IMG/VR virus record: IMGVR_UViG_3300044637_001305
Length of the DNA: 64,000 bases
Strand: one strand, 5' to 3'
Source: an uncultured virus (IMG/VR IMGVR_UViG_3300044637_001305)
Lineage: Duplodnaviria > Heunggongvirae > Uroviricota > Caudoviricetes
The translations under genes were made by a program, and so were the position numbers. The notes under the pieces were generated by a model. That model had not been told where the DNA came from. It saw nothing but the letters and a program-made list of their open reading frames with translations, and made no database searches. The first letter of the stretch is position 1. The number at the start of each line of letters is the position of its first letter. Positions 36,566-44,774 of the stretch are shown one piece after another.

Positions 36566-36991
36566 TTACTGAATTTCTAAAACTTCTAAATCAAAAATAA
36601 GTTTTTTTCCTGCTAGTGGGTGATTCGCATCTAAAATAACAACCTCATCTTTTATTTCTTTAACCACAAAGTTAATTGGTCCCATTTGTGTATCGGCTTG
36701 TAAACCCATACCAATCTCAACCTCCCCCGGCATTTGTTCTTTAGGTACCTCTTGAACCATGTAATCATTGTATTCTCCGTAAGCGTCTTCAGGTAAAATC
36801 TCAACAGTTTTTTTATCACCAACCGACATTTCATGTAAACCATTTTCAAACCCTTTAATTAATTGTCCTTGACCTAATGTTGCCTTTAATGGCTCTCTAC
36901 CTTCTGTCATAGAAGAATCAAAAATACTACCATCCTCTAATCTTCCTGTGTAATTAACAGACACAGTACTGTTTGTTTCTACTTTTTTCAT
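36566..36991 (-). CDS. FKBP-type peptidyl-prolyl isomerase (SlyD/SlpA-like, no His tail)
   Basis: YTGRLEDGSIFDSS, G.GQLI.GFE, PEDAYG and DANHPLAGK.L.F motifs; start probably 36991. Confidence 0.92.
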   Translation of the reverse strand: MKKVETNSTVSVNYTGRLEDGSIFDSSMTEGREPLKATLGQGQLIKGFENGLHEMSVGDKKTVEILPEDAYGEYNDYMVQEVPKEQMPGEVEIGMGLQADTQMGPINFVVKEIKDEVVILDANHPLAGKKLIFDLEVLEIQ

Positions 36992-37064
36992 AAAATATTT
37001 TTTTTTATAATTATACAAAAATTTTGATGTAATGTAAAACTATTTATGAAAATATTTATAAGTT

Positions 37065-37382
37065 ATGAAAAGTAGAAAATCCAATGTTATTGCTCAAACT
37101 AATTTGATGTTAGAAAAAAGATATTTAGACCACAAATTTTTGTCAGAGCAATTTGAACCAAAAAAACCTAAATTACAAGTTACGGCAATAGAAGATAAAG
37201 GTCCTGTAAAAAAATGGAAAATTTCTTTATTTCAAGAAAAAGAAACGGGAGGATTAAAAGACATCATGACACCTGAAATAATTCAAAAACTTGATTTAAA
37301 ACAAGAATATGTAGATCAAGAATCGGCCGCTATTGATTTACAAAAAGTTAATCAATCTGAATTAGAAAAATTGGTTGTTTAA
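37065..37382 (+). CDS. Hypothetical protein with a possible variant leader
   Basis: TATTTAT at 37041-47 and 37053-59; NLMLEKRYL...LSE. Confidence 0.65.
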   Translation: MKSRKSNVIAQTNLMLEKRYLDHKFLSEQFEPKKPKLQVTAIEDKGPVKKWKISLFQEKETGGLKDIMTPEIIQKLDLKQEYVDQESAAIDLQKVNQSELEKLVV

Positions 37383-37400
37383 TATTTTTTTGTATCTTTG
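37370..37400 (+). promoter_or_regulatory. Bacteroidota sigma-A promoter
   Basis: ATTG(37370-73)-N19-TATCTTTG(37393-37400); ATG at 37405. Confidence 0.7.
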
Positions 37401-37404
37401 TTTT

Positions 37405-37701
37405 ATGGAAAATTTAAATCAATTATCTTTACCCGAAATAAAATCACTTTGTAAAAAATATGAAATATCTCCTGTCGGTGATAAAAAAGACCTCATCAAA
37501 AAGTTAAAGTATTTTTTGGATCCGGTAGAAGGAACATTAAATCAACACACAGGTAGAAAAATACCACCTAATAAAAAAATTGTAGGTCTAAAAGTTTCTG
37601 AAAAGGATAAGTTGAATTTAATACTTAAAAACAAAGGAAGTTTTCTTTATTACTCTTTTGGATTTCAATATTACATGGTAGATAAACAATTAGAAGTTTA
37701 A
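37405..37701 (+). CDS. SAP/HeH-domain DNA-binding protein
   Basis: LNQLSLPEIKSLCKKYEISPVGDKKDLIKKL fits the SAP consensus; start re-assigned to 37405. Confidence 0.65.
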   Translation: MENLNQLSLPEIKSLCKKYEISPVGDKKDLIKKLKYFLDPVEGTLNQHTGRKIPPNKKIVGLKVSEKDKLNLILKNKGSFLYYSFGFQYYMVDKQLEV

Positions 37702-37715
37702 AGTATTTATAGAAT

Positions 37716-38183
37716 ATGGAAGATTTATCAAAAAAATATGATGAGAGAACTTTAAGGTTAATAATTGAAACATTGTTAGAGGAAAATATTAATTTTGATG
37801 ATGAGTTTGATGATAGTATGTGTGATGAAATAGATGACGCATTAAAATATATTGGAATCAATCCTAAACTATGGGAAGACTACACATTTTATGTTCAATT
37901 AGTAAAAATAAATCCAAATTATGAAACTGAAAGTATTATAGTTCCTGAATTAAATAAATATGCAGTTGACACTGACGTTAGAACCTATGAAAGTTCTGTT
38001 GAAACTTGGCAACGTGAAGTTTTTTCTTATTTTGATACTAAAGACATGGTTGAACAACAAGTGGAAAATGACAATGACACTATGTATTGGGAAGGAAATA
38101 TGTTACATAAAGACGTTTATGATAGTTCACATGAAGATGAACGTATATCCAATGTAAGAAGAATTAAAAACTTTAATAAATGA
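37716..38183 (+). CDS. Acidic protein, paralog of 30178
   Basis: TATTTAT 37704-10. Confidence 0.7.
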   Translation: MEDLSKKYDERTLRLIIETLLEENINFDDEFDDSMCDEIDDALKYIGINPKLWEDYTFYVQLVKINPNYETESIIVPELNKYAVDTDVRTYESSVETWQREVFSYFDTKDMVEQQVENDNDTMYWEGNMLHKDVYDSSHEDERISNVRRIKNFNK

Positions 38184-39490
38184 AAAATAGATTTGTTATA
38201 TCAGAAAATGATAGACGAAGTATTTTGTCTATGTATGGATTATTGACCGAAGATGTCGGATCAAAAATAATAGGTCAGGTTCAAACATCTCCCCAATTAA
38301 ATAATGATAATACTTTATCTTCTGCACAAAATTTAGAGTTAAAATTATATGGAAATAAAGAATTTGACGATACCCAAGTTTTAGGTGACGATGATATTTC
38401 CGAAATGGATTTATTATCAACAACAAGAACGGATAACACGGGTGAATTTACATTTGATAATATAAAAGATAGTTCAAACCTTTTAATTTCTTTTGAGGGG
38501 AATGATTTTTTTGAACCCACTGAATATTTGGTTGATAAAATTTCTATGGATCAGGACAATAAAGTTACTTTCATTGTAAAATACAAAAAAAGTAAAGAGG
38601 AAATAATAAAACCTTTAGAAACGCTTGGTGATTATAAATGTGAAAAGTGTGGAAACTCTTGGCAACCAATTAAAAATGATTTACACCCATATTTGTGTAA
38701 ATCGTGTGGATATGACCCGACAGAGAAAAAATGTGAAAAGAAAGAATCTAACGAAAAAAGAATTTACGGTTATGGTGAACAAATTATAGATGCCACAACT
38801 AATTTTAAAGACTTGAAAGATTATGATAAAAAAACTATGTTTGAAAAATCATCTAAAAATGGTATTAAAGATGCGGTGGAGGATTATTTAGAATTGGCAC
38901 CTAATAAAAACGTAACCGTTGATGAATTAAACAATTATATTATCTCTATACTAGGTACCGAAAAATTAAAAAAATTAAAAGTTATTTGTAAAAAGACATA
39001 TATAAGGTCAGGAAAAATAATTGCAACAACAGTAATTAAATTCAAGAAAACAACAATGGATGAAATAACACAAAGTTTTATTGAATCAAAAACTCCCGTT
39101 AAACAACCTAAAAAAATAGAATTTGATCCATATGGGTTCAAACATGCTCTCCAAGTATCATTTGATTATAAAAGAAAAATATTTCTATTCTTTTGTGATG
39201 ATAATAACTCAGAATGTTCTGATTTACTTAATGATTTTGTTGAGTTGGGAAATTTAGATTTTAAATTAAAAAATTGGGTTAGGTTATATTACAATGTTGA
39301 TAGAAGCGAAACGGATAAGTATGTAATTGCATCAGAAACCATTGGTGTTGACACATATCCTACTGTAGTGATTTTGGAAGCAATAAAAGATCCAAGAAGT
39401 AACAATATTAAAGATTCGATTAAAGTGTATAAAAAAATTACAAGTTTTGATCAAACATTTAATGGAATGAATAATTTATTACAGTATTAA
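38180..39490 (+). CDS. Leader-bearing mosaic protein (beta-sandwich, Zn ribbon, thioredoxin-like C-terminus)
   Basis: MKNRFVISENDRRSILSMYGLLTE leader; TRTDNTGEFTF; CEKC...HPYLCKSCGYD; KIFLFF...GVDTYPTVVIL. Confidence 0.65.
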   Translation: MKNRFVISENDRRSILSMYGLLTEDVGSKIIGQVQTSPQLNNDNTLSSAQNLELKLYGNKEFDDTQVLGDDDISEMDLLSTTRTDNTGEFTFDNIKDSSNLLISFEGNDFFEPTEYLVDKISMDQDNKVTFIVKYKKSKEEIIKPLETLGDYKCEKCGNSWQPIKNDLHPYLCKSCGYDPTEKKCEKKESNEKRIYGYGEQIIDATTNFKDLKDYDKKTMFEKSSKNGIKDAVEDYLELAPNKNVTVDELNNYIISILGTEKLKKLKVICKKTYIRSGKIIATTVIKFKKTTMDEITQSFIESKTPVKQPKKIEFDPYGFKHALQVSFDYKRKIFLFFCDDNNSECSDLLNDFVELGNLDFKLKNWVRLYYNVDRSETDKYVIASETIGVDTYPTVVILEAIKDPRSNNIKDSIKVYKKITSFDQTFNGMNNLLQY

Positions 39491-39513
39491 TATATTTATA
39501 AAATAAAACAATT

Positions 39514-40005
39514 ATGAAAAATTTAAGAAACGAACTAAATGAGATGAAATTTTTATTTGGTTACAAACCAGGTAAACTTTTATCTGAACAAAATATCCCT
39601 GAAATGGATGACGTTATGTTTGCTGAACCTGACGTAATGGAGCCTGAAGTAAAACCTGATACCGATAGAGGTGTTGAAGAAAGACCATCTAGACCCGGAA
39701 GACCAGATAGAGATCCAAGTAGATTACCATATACAGATCCTGACACACATCCACAAGGTAGAAGAAGACCTTCTATGGATAATGATGAGGTTGAATATGA
39801 ATTGGAAATTGATGACGAACCAAGAGGTGAGGTTGAATATGAATTGGAAATTGATGATGAACCAAGAAAACCTATGAGAAGTATGGGTAGAAGAAGTTCT
39901 ATGAGTGATGAAGTTAACGAACCGTTTGTTGATGATGTTGATTCAGAATATGAAAATAGTGATTTGGCAGATTTAGTAAAAAAATATTTAAGTAAGAGAG
40001 GTTAA
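39514..40005 (+). CDS. Leader-bearing, disordered Pro/acidic protein
   Basis: TATTTAT 39493-99; MKNLRNELNEMKFLFGYKPGKLLSE leader. Confidence 0.7.
   Translation: MKNLRNELNEMKFLFGYKPGKLLSEQNIPEMDDVMFAEPDVMEPEVKPDTDRGVEERPSRPGRPDRDPSRLPYTDPDTHPQGRRRPSMDNDEVEYELEIDDEPRGEVEYELEIDDEPRKPMRSMGRRSSMSDEVNEPFVDDVDSEYENSDLADLVKKYLSKRG
39787..39867 (+). repeat. In-frame 42-bp-period tandem duplication (EVEYELEIDDEPR x2)
   Basis: 39787-39825 versus 39829-39867, 38/39 identical. Confidence 0.9.
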
Positions 40006-40006
40006 T

Positions 40007-41005
40007 ATGAAAAAAAATCGGTTGATTTATGAAAGACCTGTAAGTGATTACTTACCTGACGAATTTAAAAAAGGCGCAAAAGAAGCAAGTAAAAGATTGT
40101 ATGACGACCCAACTAATCCTGCACCAAGTAGTAATCAAGTAGGTATGTTAATGATGGGTTTACCAAGAATGGAATCAGGTAAACAACAACAATTAGTTAA
40201 TCTTGCGTTAGAATCATTTTACGGAATGTATCCACATATTAAAAAATTAGTGGACCAAGGTAAAATTGTTATGGATGTTCAGTTAGGTAGTGCCGGTGGT
40301 AGAATGAAAACACAAACACCAGCAAGACCCTCAGTGGAAAAAGCCAAAGAAACCGATCCAGACTTTGATGAAAGAATAAAACAAAGACATTTTATTAATG
40401 CTAAGACACAAGGTAAAGCTTGGTTAGATGGTTTTGGTGCAATTAAGAAGATGAAAAGTAAAATTGAGGCAATTGATCCTAATTTATATCAAAACTATGA
40501 TGGTTTTGTAAGAGGAGCGTCAAGATTTTATTGGGAAAACACCGAAATGTTAGAAAGAATGGCCGCTTCAGGTGCTGGACGTATGGCATATTGTGATGTT
40601 TACCCTGACAAATCAAAAAAAGGTGTTTGGGTTATAGAAGTTAGAGCTCCTCACCTTCCATTATTAATGCATGAGTTAGTTAAAGGTGCTGAATACTACG
40701 ATAGTTTATTTTCATTACCTGGTCAGAAAGAAGTTGGTGATGTTTTAATGGGTATTACTGACGTACACAAACATGAAATTCAAAATATGAACTACGGTAG
40801 GTCTCTTTGGTCTAAAATCCGTTACATCTTAGAAGAATTTGTAAGTGGTTATGACAGATCTATGGAGAGTGACCTTACTTTTATGTTAGAAAGTCTTGGA
40901 CCTAAAGTATATAATAGATTTATGGATGGTATTGTTAGAGATGACAATAAAATTATCCAAGAATTTATCGCTGAGTGTGAAGAATTAGTAAAAGAATTAG
41001 ATTAA
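40007..41005 (+). CDS. Conserved phage hypothetical protein
   Basis: 332 aa; P.L.HEL.KG motif. Confidence 0.75.
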   Translation: MKKNRLIYERPVSDYLPDEFKKGAKEASKRLYDDPTNPAPSSNQVGMLMMGLPRMESGKQQQLVNLALESFYGMYPHIKKLVDQGKIVMDVQLGSAGGRMKTQTPARPSVEKAKETDPDFDERIKQRHFINAKTQGKAWLDGFGAIKKMKSKIEAIDPNLYQNYDGFVRGASRFYWENTEMLERMAASGAGRMAYCDVYPDKSKKGVWVIEVRAPHLPLLMHELVKGAEYYDSLFSLPGQKEVGDVLMGITDVHKHEIQNMNYGRSLWSKIRYILEEFVSGYDRSMESDLTFMLESLGPKVYNRFMDGIVRDDNKIIQEFIAECEELVKELD

Positions 41006-41018
41006 ATCCCTAAGTCCT

Positions 41019-41678
41019 GTGGAAGAGTCACAAGCAAAACAACTTTTTATTGATTTATTTGGTAAAGAATTTGAAATTTACGGTCTTTTGGTCAAATTAA
41101 TTAGTGTTTATTACGGAGAAGTAAAAAATTCAAACAAAACTTACTATTTTAACTTTGAAATAACTAATCCAAATGACGTTTCTTATTATTATTTACCTTT
41201 TGAGTGGGAAATTGATGAGATGTTAATTGATTTTAGTAAATATGTTGACGTAAAAACCAAATCAGAAGTATATTTTGATACAAATCAAGGTGATTTATAC
41301 TTCAATCGAGAGAAAACTAAAGAAATTGAAAACGCATTCAAGCAAGTAGACACAATAAAGTTCACAACAGGCACTCCTTTTATTGGTTATAAGCGTTATG
41401 AACTAAAAATCAAGTCAGTTGGTTACAAAAAATATTTTCGCCATGAACAAATTCAATTAGATAACGTTAGTAAACCTATAAGTGCCACTAAAAATGGTGA
41501 TCTGTGTGACTTAGACGAAGCAATTATTCAATATTATGAAGAATTTTTACCACAAAATGAAACTTATTGGGAATCAGAACACATTTACCAACATTTAGAC
41601 CAAGTTTTATCATCAATTCCTTCTATTGGTAACAACGATATACTATTATCATACTCAACAACACTATCTCGTAAGTGA
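41019..41678 (+). CDS. Hypothetical protein
   Basis: 219 aa with GTG start. Confidence 0.65.
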   Translation: MEESQAKQLFIDLFGKEFEIYGLLVKLISVYYGEVKNSNKTYYFNFEITNPNDVSYYYLPFEWEIDEMLIDFSKYVDVKTKSEVYFDTNQGDLYFNREKTKEIENAFKQVDTIKFTTGTPFIGYKRYELKIKSVGYKKYFRHEQIQLDNVSKPISATKNGDLCDLDEAIIQYYEEFLPQNETYWESEHIYQHLDQVLSSIPSIGNNDILLSYSTTLSRK

Positions 41679-42938
41679 TTTACTACGTTTTTTACGGTGA
41701 AATGTTATAACAAACCTATGAACCTCATCCTGAATAGTTGCGAGTAGGTTAAAAAACTTAGAATTTTCAAATTTTACAGTATTTCCGTCAATAAAATGTA
41801 AAATATCTGACTTGTGAGACGAATTTTTACTAATTGACACTAAATCTACTCTATCAAGTATAGAAAGTTCGTTAAAAACCCTCTTTGCTACCCCTAATTG
41901 ACCTTTACCACCATCAATAATAACCATATCAGGTAGTTTTTTCTTCTCAGACAACAATCTTTGAAACCTGCGACGTAAAACTTCATCAAAAGATGCGTAA
42001 TCATCGGGACCTTCCACTGTTTTTATGTTGAATTTACGGTATTCTGACGTGTTTTTCTTACCATTAGTGTACCTAACTAAGGCAGATACCTGACAATCAC
42101 CTCCTGTATGGGAGTTATCATACATTTCTATGTCAATTGGAGTGTTTTTTAACCCATAAGTAGTCTTAAAGTCGTCTGCAAGTACCAAATAACCGCCAAT
42201 TCTTGTAGTTTCTACACATTTCTCATACTTATTTAGTGCATCTAACCTAAATTTGATGTCATTTGCCTTCTCAAACTCCATATTCTTACTGTATTTACCC
42301 ATCAAACGGGATAACTTACCTCTATATTGATCAATTTTATAAGAAATTACGTCTTTTAGGTCAGAAATGGTGGAGTTATAGACAAATTTATTGATATTAT
42401 TAACACAAGGTGCGTCACATCTACCCATATGGTACTCTAAACAGGTAGAGAACTTGTTATTTTCAACATTTTCAGGTGTAATATCGTATGAACATGACCG
42501 TAAATTGAATATATCGTGTAGTAAATCGTGTAATTCGTAGCAAATATTACTACTTGACACACAAATTAACGGTTCTGAGTCTAAATTTGACTCATTTTTA
42601 ACTTCTAAACGTGGAAATACCTCATTTGATAGGGTTAAATACCATTTTTTAGACCTATCATCCTTTAATTTGATGTTAAATTTAGGTTTATGGGTCTTAA
42701 TAAGGTCATTTTCAAGAGTAAATGCTGAATTTTCGTCTAAAGTTGTCAAAAAATCAACATCTGAGACGTTTTCTACCAATAATTTAGTCTTATCTGAGTG
42801 ATTTTTGTTAGAAAAGTACGATTTTACCCTATTTGGGAGGTATTTTGCCTTGCCAACATAGATAATTTGACCTTTTTTGTCCTTAAAAAGGTAACAACCA
42901 CTAGATTTTGGGATATTTTTTAGTTTTTCTTCTAACAT
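41664..42938 (-). CDS. uvrC: UvrC-like excinuclease (GIY-YIG + UVR + RNase H-like domains, no HhH)
   Basis: GCYLF...IIYVGKAK..RV.SYF, PKFNIKLKDD, Cys cluster, MEFEKA, DNSH, DDYAS, IDGGKGQL and QDEVHRF motifs. Confidence 0.9.
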   Translation of the reverse strand: MLEEKLKNIPKSSGCYLFKDKKGQIIYVGKAKYLPNRVKSYFSNKNHSDKTKLLVENVSDVDFLTTLDENSAFTLENDLIKTHKPKFNIKLKDDRSKKWYLTLSNEVFPRLEVKNESNLDSEPLICVSSSNICYELHDLLHDIFNLRSCSYDITPENVENNKFSTCLEYHMGRCDAPCVNNINKFVYNSTISDLKDVISYKIDQYRGKLSRLMGKYSKNMEFEKANDIKFRLDALNKYEKCVETTRIGGYLVLADDFKTTYGLKNTPIDIEMYDNSHTGGDCQVSALVRYTNGKKNTSEYRKFNIKTVEGPDDYASFDEVLRRRFQRLLSEKKKLPDMVIIDGGKGQLGVAKRVFNELSILDRVDLVSISKNSSHKSDILHFIDGNTVKFENSKFFNLLATIQDEVHRFVITFHRKKRSKSLTR

Positions 42939-42995
42939 TTAGGCTAAAATACAACTTTTTTATGTAAAAACCAACAATTTTAACTATTTATTAGT

Positions 42996-43547
42996 ATGAA
43001 AATAGTAATTACAGAGTCACAATACCAAAAATTAGTCGAAAATGTCGAAATAATCGATGATATTTTAGATAAATTGGGTAAAATTGGGTATGAAAACCTT
43101 AATAATTACGAAAAAATGACCCTAAATAGGTATTCAGAGTGGTTAAATTCGGGTCAAAAAGGCGAATTTATGGGTAAAATGACCCCTAAAAACGATGATT
43201 ATGACGCTAAAATAGGTGAAGAATACACCACTAATTTACGCGATGGTAGTGAATTTTCATTTATGTTTGACTATGAAGACCTATTAGATGATGAAAACCT
43301 ATATCATGGTACCGTAAAATGGCATGGAGAAGAGTGGATCGGTTTAATTGCTACTAATAAATCAGGTAAATTAACTGAAATGGACTTTATTAAGGATTAC
43401 GACGCACTACAATCATACGATGAAGATGACGAAATGGGTGGATATGATGAAGGAAAAGAGGTTAGACTACAAAATGAGTTGGGTAATGACCTACACCAAG
43501 TTAAATATTTTTTCCAAGAAGAGGTAATACCTAGTTTAATGGGTTGA
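42996..43547 (+). CDS. Leader-bearing acidic protein
   Basis: MKIVITESQYQKLVE leader; IDDILDK....GY..L...EK. Confidence 0.75.
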   Translation: MKIVITESQYQKLVENVEIIDDILDKLGKIGYENLNNYEKMTLNRYSEWLNSGQKGEFMGKMTPKNDDYDAKIGEEYTTNLRDGSEFSFMFDYEDLLDDENLYHGTVKWHGEEWIGLIATNKSGKLTEMDFIKDYDALQSYDEDDEMGGYDEGKEVRLQNELGNDLHQVKYFFQEEVIPSLMG

Positions 43548-43577
43548 TTTTTTCACTAAACCAATATATTTATTACT

Positions 43578-44003
43578 ATGATAACAAAAAAAGATTTTTT
43601 AGGTAGTAATTCGATGTTAAATGAACAAAAAAACGGTAATGGTGATTATTGTGAAATGATGTCATTATTACTCCACTCACAAACACAAGTTCACGCATTA
43701 CACCTCCAAACTGATTCATATTCAGAACACAAAGCACTTCAAAATTATTATGAGGGTATTGATGGTTTGGTTGACGGATTAGTGGAATCATATCAAGGTA
43801 AATACGGTATTATAAAAGGATATAAAACGTATGACATTGCAGAGTATAAATCAACAGAGTCTACTATCAAATATTTAAAAGAATTGTGTGGTAAAGTTGA
43901 AAAATTAAGAAATTGTTGTAAAGATTCATATATACAAAATCAAATCGATACTGTATGTGAATTAATAAACTCAACATTATATAAACTTAGATTTTTAAAA
44001 TAA
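43578..44003 (+). CDS. Ferritin/Dps-like four-helix protein (DUF5856-like)
   Basis: H..HLQT.SY.EHKAL..YY......D.LVE.YQGKYG...QN.ID...LYKL..L; TATTTAT 43567-73; short leader ending MLNE. Confidence 0.75.
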   Translation: MITKKDFLGSNSMLNEQKNGNGDYCEMMSLLLHSQTQVHALHLQTDSYSEHKALQNYYEGIDGLVDGLVESYQGKYGIIKGYKTYDIAEYKSTESTIKYLKELCGKVEKLRNCCKDSYIQNQIDTVCELINSTLYKLRFLK

Positions 44004-44009
44004 AAAAAA

Positions 44010-44417
44010 ATGGCAAAAGAAATTTTAATCAAAGAATCTGACCTTATCAGAATGATAACGAAAATGGTTAATGAGGTAAAACAAGAACAAGAAATGAAAG
44101 AAGGGATTTTTGGTCCTGACAATAAAGACTTGGAATTAAGAAGAGTAGAGTTAATTAGAAAAATTGACGATTTGATGGAAGAATTGGAATTAACTGATGA
44201 TGATTTATATAATTCTATTGAGTCAGTTATTAGACAAGCTGAAGACCATAACTACGATGGTGAGGTTGACGTAAAACAAGGAAGAACTGGTAGAATTGTA
44301 TTAATTTTTAAACCGTCTCCATCTAAATTTCATCAGTCAGGGTTTTATAAAAATGTTGTTGGCCCGTTAGTTGGTGGTATGAGAGGAGGACACACGTTTG
44401 GTGGTGGAAGAGATTAA
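44010..44417 (+). CDS. Leader-bearing protein
   Basis: MAKEILIKESDLIRMITKMVNE leader. Confidence 0.7.
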   Translation: MAKEILIKESDLIRMITKMVNEVKQEQEMKEGIFGPDNKDLELRRVELIRKIDDLMEELELTDDDLYNSIESVIRQAEDHNYDGEVDVKQGRTGRIVLIFKPSPSKFHQSGFYKNVVGPLVGGMRGGHTFGGGRD

Positions 44418-44447
44418 TTTATAAAATCAAAAATTTATTTAAGGTGG

Positions 44448-44744
44448 TTATTTAACCACCTTTTTTTTGTCTATAATTTTATGGATAATCTGTAAAGATC
44501 TTAAATTAACTCTATGGAATTTTAAATAATTATATGATCTTATTGTTTGCTGAGTAAAAATTAAAAACCCAACCAAAAAAATAAGTGCGGGGACAAACCC
44601 AAATACGGGATCAATCAAATAAATTAACATAAAAGATAAAAAAACAAATAAACTATTAAGTGAAAACCTCAATTTGTTTTCCCATAAATTAATATTTGAT
44701 TTTACCTCATCAATCTGTAATTGTTTTTTTTCTTTGTAACTCAT
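44448..44744 (-). CDS. Small two-TM membrane protein
   Basis: Two hydrophobic segments and a basic C-terminus. Confidence 0.65.
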   Translation of the reverse strand: MSYKEKKQLQIDEVKSNINLWENKLRFSLNSLFVFLSFMLIYLIDPVFGFVPALIFLVGFLIFTQQTIRSYNYLKFHRVNLRSLQIIHKIIDKKKVVK

Positions 44745-44774
44745 AATTTATATTTTTACAAATATAATAAAAAA

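Noticed and set aside
9026..43547. MKIIIT... leaders as Sec or lipoprotein signal peptides
   Set aside because: The hydrophobic run is only 3-4 residues and is followed by charged or polar residues; real signal peptides in the window (16016, 29410, 46632-47814) look quite different.
44448..44744. Holin next to the M15 peptidase
   Set aside because: Two TM segments and adjacency are compatible, but no holin-specific motif is recognisable and the peptidase carries the putative packaging leader; left as a generic membrane protein.
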